NCBI RefSeq assembly: GCF_001194135.2
Contig: NC_068986.1
Span: 62,284,875 to 62,340,341, forward strand
Reading direction: 5' to 3'
From: Octopus bimaculoides
Lineage: Eukaryota
Length of the DNA stretch: 55,467 nucleotides
The translations under genes and the position numbers were made by a program. Of the stretch, positions 36,606 through 48,500 are shown one piece after another. Below the pieces are notes generated by a model. That model was not told the DNA's origin, did no database searches, and saw only the letters and a list, made by a program, of their open reading frames with translations. Position 1 is the first letter of the stretch, and each line of letters starts with the position of its first letter.

Positions 36606-37263
36606 TAATAATGATGATCATCATAATAATAATAATGGGTTGATAGAACATCTACTGACCTAGACTCCTTAGAAGAGCAAAAGTGGGAGGGTATCAAGGT
36701 AGAGGATGTAAGATCTGCTCTCAAGAGGTCAAGTAAATGGAAGTCTCCAGGAAAGGATAAAATTCCTATCTTCTGGTTGAATACTTTCCCTGAGTGTCAT
36801 GATCTGCTAACAAAACTTTACAATGATGTTTTGCAACAACCTAGTATGATTCCTCTACGATAATTAATGATGTAACATTCCTACTTCCAAAAAAAATGAA
36901 GAAACAAATGAACCATAAAATTATTGACCCATGACCTGCTTAACAACAATGTATAAAATACTAATATCTGTCTTGACTGAATATACCTATAGTTTTTTTT
37001 AATAAAAAGTGGCATATTCCCTAATGAGCAAAAAGGATGTAAATGTGGGTCCTATGGTTGTAAAGATCAGCTACTCATCAAGAAGATGATCTTGGAAGAT
37101 TGTCACAAACAATACAAAAACCTGTTAATAGCCTGGGCAGACTATAAAAAAGCTTTTGATAGTCTACCACATAGCTAGATTAAGAAATGCCTATCTTTCT
37201 ACCCAACACCCCTGAGAAACTGTTGCAACTACACTAGCACACATCTGTCATACCAAAGACATG

Positions 37264-37294
<31 letters not shown>

Positions 37295-37544
37295 TATCAG
37301 TATAGCCCGGCGTTGCCCGGAATTAAGCTAGGATTATTAAGTGATCAAGTGCTTTATTTCAAGCCAAAATAAGTAACATCGACATGAGATTTGAGCGAAA
37401 TCTGTTGAAATTGGTTTGGCTGAAAATGGTTTGCTGGCAATTTGATTGGGAAATCCCATAAGGAATTAGTTTATTGGTTATTTCCACTCATTGACTGTTT
37501 TTTTTAAAGTTGCATTTGAGATCTGCATAGGAGAATGTTGATCT

Positions 37545-37790
37545 GAAGGTTTGCATTGGGGATCTGGATTGGAGTAACTTAGGAAAACTTACCAACAGCC
37601 TTAACCAAAAAATAAGGGGCCTGTCCCTTCTAGGTTAACTCTATGAGCAATTTAGCCAATCACTGATATCAGCCAAGTGAGCTTTGTTGTTGGAGAAGTC
37701 AGCATTGTCCAATAAAAAAGAGGAAGAGTCCATAAGTCATGTTGCCATGGCTTGAGAATATGTCCAGCCAATGCTTCCGGATCACTGTTT
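37545..37790 (+). mobile_element. Possible L1/Tx1-type C-terminal fragment within the Helitron
   Basis: DLDWSNLGKL...SNKKEEESISHVAMA*EYVQP resembles the L1/Tx1 C-terminal zinc knuckle (C..C..EESxxH...C..V). Confidence 0.4.
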
Positions 37791-38254
37791 ATAACCACAT
37801 CGGCTGCAATGACAACTTGTCTATAAAACTTCGCTATAGATAACATTGTGTGTTCTGCCCTGATGAGCATACACAAAAAGAGCATTTCTACTACCCACAC
37901 GGGAGCAGGCCACATAAAGTTGCCCATGTGAAAAGCATGGCTCCCCCAAATGGATGCCTGCCACCAGTGTGCTGAAATCCTTGGAATTTCACTCACTCCC
38001 CTCACACATTCATCTTTTCACCATCTATTTTTCAATGTACGGGAAAAATATGGAGATTAAGAATATGGATAAAATTTTTTTTTAATCTCAAATATACCAT
38101 GAAAAACTCCAGCTAAATTTTTAGATAACATTCGCACGATTTTCACTAAGAATAAATTGGATTTTTTGCATGGAATCAACTATCCTGGCCTGCTAATATG
38201 CTACAAAACCCTTTTTGTGATCCGAAAAATGGGTTGGGGTGTGAAATTTTACCC

Positions 38255-39138
38255 GGCGATCTTACGATACAAGTGCCAAAGCTGTCACTTAACCCACGTG
38301 TGTTTATTTGCATCACATCGGCCTTCTCTGTAAAAAGTGTTGGAGGGAAAGAGGGAAACGACATTGTAAAAGCGAAAGAGATAGAGAGAACGCGATTTCT
38401 TTTGAAGTTGGCATATGTGTGTGTGTGTGTAATGTTGCTGGTGTGTGTATGTGAGAGAGAGAGACAGAGAGAGAAAGAGAGGGAGAGAGAGAAAGAAAGA
38501 AAAAAAGAAAGAGAGAGAGATAACTGAAATTATTTTTATTTCCTTTTTATAGTATGTGAGACAGAAAGTGTAGTGAAGTTCTTTTGTTAGTGTGAGAGAG
38601 AGAGGTTATGTATGTATGTATGTATGTATGTGTGCATGTATGTATGAATGGCTACAGTGACACACACACGCACTCACACAGGTTGTTATGTATGTGTGTG
38701 TGTCACTGAATCCATTCACACACACATACATAACAACCTGCGTGTGCGCGCGCGTGTGTGTGTGTGTGTGTGTCACTGTAGCCATTCATACATACATACA
38801 TACATACATACATACATAACCTCTCTCTCTCACACTACCAAAAGAACTTCATCACACTTTCTGTCTCACATACTCAATAAAATAATTTCAGTTATCTCTC
38901 TCTCTTTCTTTCTTTGTTTCTCTCTCTCTCTCTCCTCCCTCTCTCTCACACATACACACACCAGCAACATTACACACACACATGCCAACTTCAAAAGAAA
39001 TCGCGCTCTCTCTATCTTTTTCGCTTATACATCGTTTCCCTCTTTCCCCCCAACACTTTTAACGGAAAAGGCCGATCTGATGTAAATAAACACATGTGGG
39101 TTAAGTGACAGCTTTGGCACTGGTATCGTAAGATCGCC
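38255..39138. mobile_element. 884-bp foldback element (Merlin- or MULE-like termini) with 8-bp TSD TTTTACCC
   Basis: Arms of about 450 and 420 bp surround a ~13-nt loop near 38710. Termini are GGCGATC and GATCGCC; ttttaccc lies at 38247-38254 and 39139-39146. Confidence 0.85.
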
Positions 39139-41891
39139 TTTTACCCATTTATATTGTGTAATTCAATGACAAATTGTTACATACCTCTTTGTTTCATTGT
39201 TGTTAAATAAATGGATTGTCAATAAACTTTTTCTTCGGCGTGAAATGTAAACAAAACTCTTTTGCTCCCAAAGTNNNNNNNNNNNNNNNNNNNNNNNNNN
39301 GGGGGGGGGGGGAGAAAGATGAACAATTTAAAATAAATAAATGATTTAAAATAAATATATTTTAATTGTTGTGTGAGAAAGTATATATAATCTCATTATA
39401 AAATATAGTGTCTTTCAAAAACATTCTATATTTGAAACTATATCTCATGTTTAAGAAAAAAAAAAAAAGCATTTTATGCTGACACTTACTCTGTCTTCCT
39501 TACCTACCTTTTCTTTCGTTAGACGCTTTCTGTCTCCCTCTCCCACTTTTTCTTTACTTTTTTTTTGTTAGACGCTGGCAAACAATCTCTATCTCTCCCT
39601 CACTACCCCTCTCTCACACACACACACACATACATACATCAACACACAATTGCTCTCTCTCTCTCCCTCACACTTTCACTTCGCCATGTTAGCAAACTTA
39701 AAAATTGGTAAAAGTTATGGTTGAAAATCGATTTTTACAGGTATACGCGAGTGCCTCTGAGAGAAAAAGTTGACGAAAATGCAGATAGGGTCATGATGAA
39801 TGTCCTCCTAAAATTGGAGCGACATGCATGCTAATTTGTGGACGTGCATAAATTACATTCACGTACACACACATCCTGCCTTTTATATATACAGATATGT
39901 ACACATACTAACACCTGACAAAAACACATGCATGTGAAACCTCTTGTCTGTAAGTATGAGATCATGGAGAACCACACTGAACAGTGACAATGAATATCTC
40001 AATGCTGGAGATGTAAGAATTTCCTGTGGCATTTTTCAGGGTGACTCTCTATCACCACTCCTCTTTTGTCTAGCCTTAATACCCCTCTCAAAATTGCTCA
40101 ATGATGTACAATATGGCTATAAAATGTTTGATAAAAATATAAATCATCTCATTTACATGGACGATTTAAAGATCTTTGCAAAAAATGAACGACAACTACA
40201 AAGCTTACAATTCGGTGATGACATCAGGATGCAATTTGGCCTCGATAAATGTGCAAAAGCTACCTTTATCAAAGGAAAAATGACAGAAATACCCAATGTT
40301 AATCTTGATCTGCAGAATGTCATAAAGGAGTTAGAACCAGTGGAGAGCTACAAACATGTAGGGGTATTTGAAGGTGATGGAATCAAACATTCAATGATGA
40401 GGGAAAGGATCAGAAGAGAATGTTATCACAGAGTAAGGGCAATACTCAAGACAGAGCTGAATGCAAGAAATAGGATCGAAGTGATCAATACTTTAGCCAT
40501 ACTGGTCGTAACTTACAGTTTCAATTTCATTAACTGGTTAATTACTGAAATATGTAATCTTGACAGAAAAATACAAAAATTGTTGAGAATACATAGAATG
40601 CACCATAAAGCATAAAATCCACCCTAAAGTAGATATAGAATGACTTTACCTGCCAAGAAAAGAGGGTGGCTGTGGATTTTTACAACTGGAGCTAACAATA
40701 AAGATCACCACTATTGGCCTCAACACCTACCTGAAAATCTCTGATGACTGGATGTTAAAACTTGTCTTAAAGCATGAAAACAAGAAACCATCATACTCAG
40801 TTACAAAACAGGCAAAGGAATATCTAAGTGAATTCCAAATACAACAAATCCTAGAATTAGACATACTAGAAACAAGCACAGCAAAAGCTAAGCATATGAA
40901 AACCCCTTAGATATTCTTACTGTTAAATGACAAGTAGAACCTCTGAATGGCAAATACCCAGAGAGAACTAATAATGCCGATGTTGACAAAGCCGTTACCC
41001 ATCAATAGTTAGCGTCTTCTAGCTTAAAATCGGAAACAGAAGGGTTTATCATAGCAGCACAAGATCAATATCTACCTACAAGGAATTACCAGGCCAACAT
41101 ATTAAAGAATGGCAGTAGCCCAACATGCCATGTATGTAAACAACAAAATGAAACCATTGATCATGTTGTCTCCATGTGCAGTCTTCTTGTGCCTACAGAG
41201 AATCTCAACAGGCATGATAGAGCAACACAGTATATTTACTGGGTAATTTGCAAAAACCTGGACTTGCCCCATGATAAAAACTGGTGGAAACACAAACCAC
41301 CTCCAGTGCTTGAAAATGATTACATCTCCCTCCACTGGAACTTCACCTTTCAAACTGACAGAAAGATAGATGCGAATAGGTCAGATATTACATTGAAAGA
41401 CTTCAGACAAAAATCATGCCTCCTCAATGATATGACTGTCTCAATCGACATAAATGTATCTGTCAAGACCTACCAAAAAATGAGCAAGTATAAAGATCTT
41501 GAAACAGAAATTGGCACAATATGGGACTTCAAGACTAAAACAATAACTGTTGTCATAGGAATGAGAGCAAAAGGGGCTGATTGCTACCTAGCTCAGATAC
41601 AGGAAACCCCAAAATGGCAGAAATTCAAAAGATAGTGCTCATGTGAACTTCTCATATCCTACGTAAAATGCTGTCTATGTAATCTGAAATTTTAAAACAA
41701 ACTTATAAATTTTCTTATGTTTTCTTAAACATCCTCTAGAACAATACTATGTGCAAAACCAAATATATGACACCCTAGGCATAATACCAACTTGAACTTC
41801 TTACTTGTTGTCTCTTGAGGTCCCTGGGTGAGACCTGGAGTCAACTTGTACAAATACAAAGCAAAAGTCAAACATATAATAGTAATAATAA

Positions 41892-42345
41892 TAATGGTTT
41901 CAAATTTTGGCACAAGGCTAGCAATTTCGAGGGAGGGAGTAAATCAACCCCAGTACTCAACTGTTACTTATTTTATCGACCTCGAAAGAATGAAAGGCAA
42001 AGTTGACTTTGGCAAGACTTGAACTTAAAATGTAAAGATGGATGAAGTGCCACTAAGCATTTCAAACTGCATACTAATGATTCTGCCAGCTCACCGCCTT
42101 AATAATAATATTAACAACAACATCAATGGTTTAAGATTTTGGCACAAGTTCAACAATTTCGGGTGAGAAGGTAAGTCGATTACATCAACTCTAATGCTCA
42201 ACTGGTACTTACTTTATTGACCCCAAAAGTATGAAAGACACGGTCAACCTTGGCAGAATTTAATCTCAGGATGTAAAGATGGATGAAATGCCACTAAGCA
42301 TTTTGTCCAGCATGCTAATGATTTTACTAGCTTGCTACCTTAATA
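41892..42345 (-). mobile_element. Two tandem SINEs (33.5-kb family)
   Basis: ggtttcaaattttggcacaagg...gaaaggcaaagttgac...atgattctgccagctcaccgcctt, twice, with (AAT/AAC)n spacers. Confidence 0.85.
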
Positions 42346-42849
42346 ACAACAACAACAACAATAAGAGACTGATGACTGTGCAAATATGTAAGTGATCAGC
42401 TGCTAATGCCAGCAAAATATCATGAGCACCAATGATAAATTATGATAAATTGTAATAAATTGGAAATAGATTTACTAAATTGCTATTTTACTACTTTCAT
42501 GAGTGTGTGATACATTTAAAATATATGCTATTGTGGACTATTTGTCTATGTACATGCTCCCTTCTGGAAATCTCCAATCACATCTCAGAAGCTGGATTAA
42601 TTTCAGCTACTGGTATCATCATCATCATCATTGTTTAACATCTGCCTTCCATAGTGGCATGGATAGGACAAAATCTTACACTCATTAAATAGACAACCAT
42701 ACTTGATACAAAGAGCCAGGCAGATCACCATTATTTTAAAGTAATTTATATTATAAAAGAAGTCATTAAATAGACTTCATAAAGTCATTATTATTACAAT
42801 TATTATTACAAAATCAGTACCATCAGCATCATTGTTGCTGCTGTTGTTG

Positions 42850-43625
42850 CTATTATTATTACTGTTCAGTAGTTTTATTTTTATAACGTGGTTTCACTTC
42901 ACTACCGAGCGCAGCTCTGTGCGCCTTGGGTATGTGCTGTGGTTTGCTGTGGTGCTCTTATGTTTACTGTATTGAAAGTGTTTTGCGTAGAATGTGTGCA
43001 GTACCCAGTAGTGCAATTTTTTGTATGTTATATATATTTGTAAGTCCTGGTGTTTTTGTTATGTATTTGTCTGAATATTTTTTTATTATACCTAAGGCAC
43101 CTACTATGATAGGAATTGTTTCTGATTTTAGATTCCACATTCGAGTTATCTCTATTTCCAGGTCTTTGTATTTTGAAAGTTTTTCCATTTCTTTTAGAGA
43201 AACATTGTCATCTGCTGGNNNNNNNNNNNNNNNNNNNNNNNNNNNNNNNNNNNNNNNNNNNNNNNNNNNNNNNNNNNNNNNNNNNNNNNNNNNNNNNNNN
43301 NNNNNNNNNNNNNNNNNNNNNNNNNNNNNNNNNNNNNNNNNNNNNNNNNNNNNNNNNNNNNNNTGGCATATCCCAGAGTATGGTTGCTTTCTCGTTTTCT
43401 GTGACCTTTTCTGGCGTGTGTTTATACCATCTTTTTTCTGTTGTTATTCCATAGTGTTGGCATAGCTTCCAGTGTATATAGGTTCCAGCTCTGTCGTGTC
43501 TGTGAATATATTCCTTCTTAACCAGGACTGGGCAGCCAGAGATAATATGATTTATTGTTTCTTGTCGATCTCCACATATTCTACAGTTACTTGTTATATT
43601 TCTTTTCATTATGTGTTTTTGGTAA
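42850..43625 (-). mobile_element. Young R4/Dong LINE 3' fragment between (ATT)n tracts
   Basis: CRICGDRQETINHIISGCPVLVKKEYIHRHD and EKLSKYKDLEIEITRMW. Its 3'UTR is nearly identical to 35250-35375. Confidence 0.92.
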
Positions 43626-43631
43626 TTTCTG

Positions 43632-43685
<54 letters not shown>

Positions 43686-44042
43686 TTATGGGAGCCATAA
43701 AAGAGAAATTTATTTTCTTAAGAGCAGCTGATACTTATCATTGTTCATCTTGGCATTAACAAATATTCTAAAAGAATAGAAACTAATGTTAATCCACTCC
43801 AAGATACAGTTATTTACACAATTAAGAAGACTAGCAGATAAAGCTACACTACCACGCAAAGTTATGTGTTTAGCTAGCAATAGTGGCATAAACTGATTTG
43901 GAAAAAAATGTGAATAAAGGAATGTTTAATCACAAAGAAAAGTAGATCCCTACATTCTGATGAATTTTGCCTCTCCTACTGGCATTAGAGACATTACTGA
44001 AACCTTCTGGAATTCCCTTTTTACTCATCTGTTTTCCTGCAG

Positions 44043-44122
44043 ACATTGATCTAAAGGAGTTTAAAATGAACATTGACCGACAGCAGTATATCAATCTCAC
44101 TAGTCTGGGAGGGCCTATAAAA
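44043..44122 (+). CDS. Candidate host exon (D-IDLKEFKMNIDRQQYINLTSLGGPIK)
   Basis: Very strong acceptor ctttttactcatctgttttcctgcag with one open frame. The donor AAA/gtgatg is uncertain; the frame could instead run to a stop at 44173. Confidence 0.35.
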
Positions 44123-44304
44123 GTGATGGGCTTTTATAAAGGACAAAAGGAGAGGGAAAATAATTTCAGTTGAGAGTGGAAATGTGACTACATATTAAAT
44201 TGACTTGAAAAATAACAACACTAACAACAATAGCAACAGTAAAAATATGATAAACAAGCAGTTGGAAAAACCAGCTGTTTTGTTACTCCTATACACATCA
44301 CTTT

Positions 44305-44600
44305 GCGGCACATGGCCCTGGTGGTTAGGGTGTTGCACTCATGATCATGAGATTGTGGTTTCAATTCCTGGACTCATGATCATGAGATTGTAGTTTAATG
44401 CAATTGTGATGCATTGTGTTCTTGAGCAAAACATTTCATTTCACCTTGCTCTACAACCACTTTAACACCTGATGTGTGGTATACTATGCATCTGTTCAGG
44501 CAACATTGATTTGATGGAGGAAGTGAGCTAATGTACAACACATACGTTTGATCACTATAAACAAATCAATTGTGCATGTTGTCCAACAGGAAGTTGCAGA
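44305..44600 (+). mobile_element. tRNA-derived SINE with internal duplication
   Basis: ggcacatggccctggtggttagggtgttgcactc head; ctcatgatcatgagattgt occurs twice. Confidence 0.7.
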
Positions 44601-45059
44601 ACCATCTTTCTCAGACCACGAGAGATTACCATCATGAAATACACATCACTTTAAAATTAGTGCTAATTTTGTCATCCCACATACCCACCTAATATCAGTA
44701 GCAGTAGCTGTAGTAGTAACAGTAGTAGTGGTTGTGGTAGTAGCTCTAGTAGTAGATGTGGTGGTGGTAGTGGTAGTAGTAGTAGTAATAGCAGCAGCAG
44801 CAATAGTTAAAGCAATGATCTTGTCACTTCTACACATCCATATAATAGTTGAGTAAATGTTAGCTTCATAAAAGTATAACAAGTGTTATTTAAAATAGCA
44901 TTGTATACTCTCATTGATTTAATTTCCTCATGGATGTTAAAACAACAAACAAGACAGTGATGTTTTTCATAATGAGAAGCTTATAATGTTGACTGCTGTG
45001 TAATCCTAGTGAATATAAGAGAAGCTGAAAGAATTGAAGTGTTCTCCCTGCCTCTAGCT

Positions 45060-45531
45060 TTTGTTAAAGTGTCTAGCTCACAGATGGAGAAGTGTTTTCT
45101 AGTGAAAGCCCACTCACAGATGAGTCCGACCTCATGAATAAAACCTCAAAAAGTTTCTCTATCTTCTGGTGCTAACCTAATTTCCTCTTCTCCTCTAGTG
45201 TTCTAGTGAACACTCTTCTCCTCTAGTGTTCCAGGATCTTGAGAAGCCCATCTGTGGCCACTGATATCAAGCTGAGCTACTATCAAAGATTGGAGTAGTG
45301 ATTAGCTACAACTCATGAATTTTGGTCTCCTTCCCACTTACAGCCAAATCAAACTTAAATCAAATATGAAAATGTTTCCAAATCACACACACAAACACAT
45401 ATACACACGTATACTTTTCCTCTCTTCCCTTATCCCACAAAACCAAACCTCAGTCCAATGCCTATCTTTCTACCCAACACCTCTGAGACACTGTTGCAAC
45501 TACACTAGCACACATCTGTCATACCAAAGAC

Positions 45532-45595
<64 letters not shown>

Positions 45596-48500
45596 ACACA
45601 CACATACACCTGACAAAAACACATGCATACATGTTTTTCCCGACAAACATGAATGCACTCATATGTTTATACACAAATACAAAAATGTACATACACATAC
45701 ACATGCTTATACATGCATCTTAAGTACATTTGTGCATGCACATGTATATAGCAAGCACCAACTCACATGTATTCATGTTCACACACACATACACACAATC
45801 AATAACACACCTACATCCATGCACTCATACATCTAGTACACACACACACACACTCTCTCTCTCTCTCTCTCTCCCTCACTGGCCTTGCTTCTGTTGGTTT
45901 CTAATTTCTTTCAAAGACCCACCAGACACCAGGGTGCTGCCAGCTTCTTATTCAGCCACAGTCCAAGAAATGTTGATCTCACTCCTAACAACACCACATG
46001 ACCCACCTTGAACAATAGCAGCCCATTTTCCAGTAGCCATCTTTCCAGTAGCTTCTTGTACTTCTCCATTCAGTAATCTGAGCCTGATTGAGTTAGTTTC
46101 TGTAAGAATCCTTAAGTTTTAAATAATATATGTAACTCCAACTAAATGTGCTGTGTGCCTTTTTCTTTCATTTGTTCATTCACTTGTACATGTGCTCCAG
46201 ACGCTGTAGAGCTCTGTCCATCTGACTAACAGTTTGCAATGGAGACAACCACTGCCATGTTCATTGAAGAACATCCAAAAACTACCAAGGAAGCTCTGTT
46301 TGATACCAAACACAGAAAAAACTGAAAATGTTATCAAGCATATGTACTGGAAGGTCTTCTTCTTTGAGAATCCATCCACTACTACATTTGCAAACAAGTT
46401 TAGCTTTAAATCTCGAAAATGCCCTCCCCAGATAAAGGACCTTGAGAGATTCGAAGCTGACTTATGGAACATTGCAAAGAAGGTAAGTTTTCAGCCTTGT
46501 TCTAATCCCTTTCTCAAATCTTCAAATGATTACATGGCAAAAATTAAACAATCACCTAATGTACATGTCCTTGTAGACGAAACAAAGAATATTTATGAAA
46601 CAAGCATCCCCACACATGCAAAACTCCTCACATGTACAATCATCAAGATGTACAAGAAAGCTAGCACCTCCATACAAAATGACATAAATACAGAAGCAAA
46701 GGAGCTCATTATTCTCCTTAATATAGAGGATCATATGGACTGCCTTGCCATGCAACCCTTCTATATTACACTTAAGGATCACAAACCTAATTTCCTCTCC
46801 AACCTCAAATGCAAGCTGATCAGCCCCTCTAAAAGCTAGATAGGCATTGTTACACATTCTTAAGCACATTCTTGATACCATCAACTCTGATATTAGAAGG
46901 ATTCAATAGGATTCCAGCACAGCTGTGATCAACTGACTCTACGGTATTGAGAACAAGTCAGCCTGCATGGAATCATAGACTTCTACCCTGCTATATCAAA
47001 ACCTCTTCTCCTGAAGGTCCTGGATTTTTTTGAGCAATTCACTAGTATAAATAATCTCAATGTCAGAATCATCCAAACACCACAAAGTCAATCCTGGTTC
47101 ATAACAATTTCTTCTGGGTAAAAAAGAAGGTAATCCACTGTTTGACATTTCTATGGGGCTGAGATCATCGTCTTCATCAGGTTATTTATCTTGAACACCC
47201 TCAAGAAACACACCCACCCACCCACATAGGTTGGCACTTTACAAGGATGATGGCCTGTTGATCTCAAGCCATATGAATGGCCATGCTGTGGACAAGTTTA
47301 GGAAGAATCTGAAAAAATTATTAAAAGAATTCAGCTAGTCCACAATAGTTACCACCACCTTGACTATGGTTGACTTCCTAGACATGACCCTAGACCTGAA
47401 ACAAGGAAACTGTACATCCACAGAAGATCGAATTCCCCACCATTCCTACAGTAATTACAAAATCTAGTCTCAAGTGTTATCAGAAGAATATTCAAGCTTG
47501 CAGCCGATAGGGTGACCTTCCACAGTGCCCCCACCCACTACAATGATGCATTGGCAAGTAGTGCGTTTTCCAAGAAGTTAGCATATATAGAGGGCCCCCC
47601 CCCCAAACCTCAATCCCAGACCTAAAGAGGACCAGAAAGAGAAAGATAATCTGGTTCAACACCTCAGTTAATCTAGAAGTTTCAGCCAACATAGTTAAGA
47701 ATTTTTGGTCATTGATTAAGAATCATTTCCTCAGGGGCCACAAGTACTATAAGTTCTTCAACCCACACAACGTCAAGGTGAGCTACTCCTGCTTAGATAA
47801 TATCCCTCTTAACATTGCATGCTACAACAGATGCAAAAATTCTCCTGCACAATCTCCAACTCCTACTTGTAACAGTTGAAACTCTAAAAATTGCCCTCTA
47901 GGAGGATGCTGCCTCTCAAGAGCTGTAGTCCACAGAGCCACCCTCACACTATCTGGTAGTATCTCAGAGCACTACACAGGAATGGAGGTGAACAACTTCA
48001 AAGGAAGGTATACACAGCATATGCACATGCTTAGATGCAAAGATAGAGAGAATTCCACCTCTTTGTTTCATTTCCTCTGGAGACTCCATGATCTCCAAGA
48101 TGAAACCCCTAACATCAAACCGGGCAACTATTGACAGAGCCCAGCCCTACTCACCCAGTGCCCACAATTGCCAGCTCTGCCTCCATCAAAGACTGCATAT
48201 TTTCTACCAACATGCAGGGGAAATATGAATTATCTTATTGCAGCCATCAGAAATGCACTTGCCTGGTGAACTTCAAACCACTCACTGCCAACAACCCAGA
48301 GATACCGCCTTAGCATTGGCTGCCCCACAACCAAGAACATAGTTCCGAACCATCAATGCCTATGCAGGCTGCAGGTAGACCCCTTCAATACATTCACCTC
48401 CACATGTGTAGTGTGTGCATGCAAACACACACACGCATCTATGTACACACACAGCTATCCATGCACACACACATCCTTCCCCCCACACCACCAAACAGTT

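Larger units (their letters stand above)
37294..39895 (-). mobile_element. Non-autonomous Helitron (~2.6 kb)
   Basis: The minus strand starts A|TCtgtatatataaaaggcagg and ends with the hairpin ccgggcaacgccggg plus ctgATAG|T (CTAG with one change). It sits between A and T with no TSD. Confidence 0.8.
37187..39935 (+). mobile_element. Patch of PLE-2 terminal-repeat sequence (37187-37293 and 39896-39935) inside the Dong RT
   Basis: aatgcctatctttctacccaacacc...ataccaaagacatgtata and cacctgacaaaaacacatgcat match 45457-45630. Confidence 0.75.
36637..41890 (+). mobile_element. R4/Dong LINE (RT, CCHC finger, REL), interrupted at about 37187-39935 by nested insertions
   Basis: KWKSPGKDKI, DYKKAFDSLPH | IFQGDSLSPLLF, HLIYMDDLK, FGLDKCAK, CHVCKQQNETIDHVVSMC, RHD, KYKDLE, then an (AAT)n tail. 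Confidence 0.93.

Noticed and set aside
47868-47895. In-frame TGA in the Cys-rich linker of PLE-2 as selenocysteine (some Naiad PLEs encode selenoproteins)
   Set aside because: The sequence reads C-N-S-*; the TGA aligns with the Arg of CNCR (CGA to TGA decay), not with a Cys, and the ORF has many other stops.
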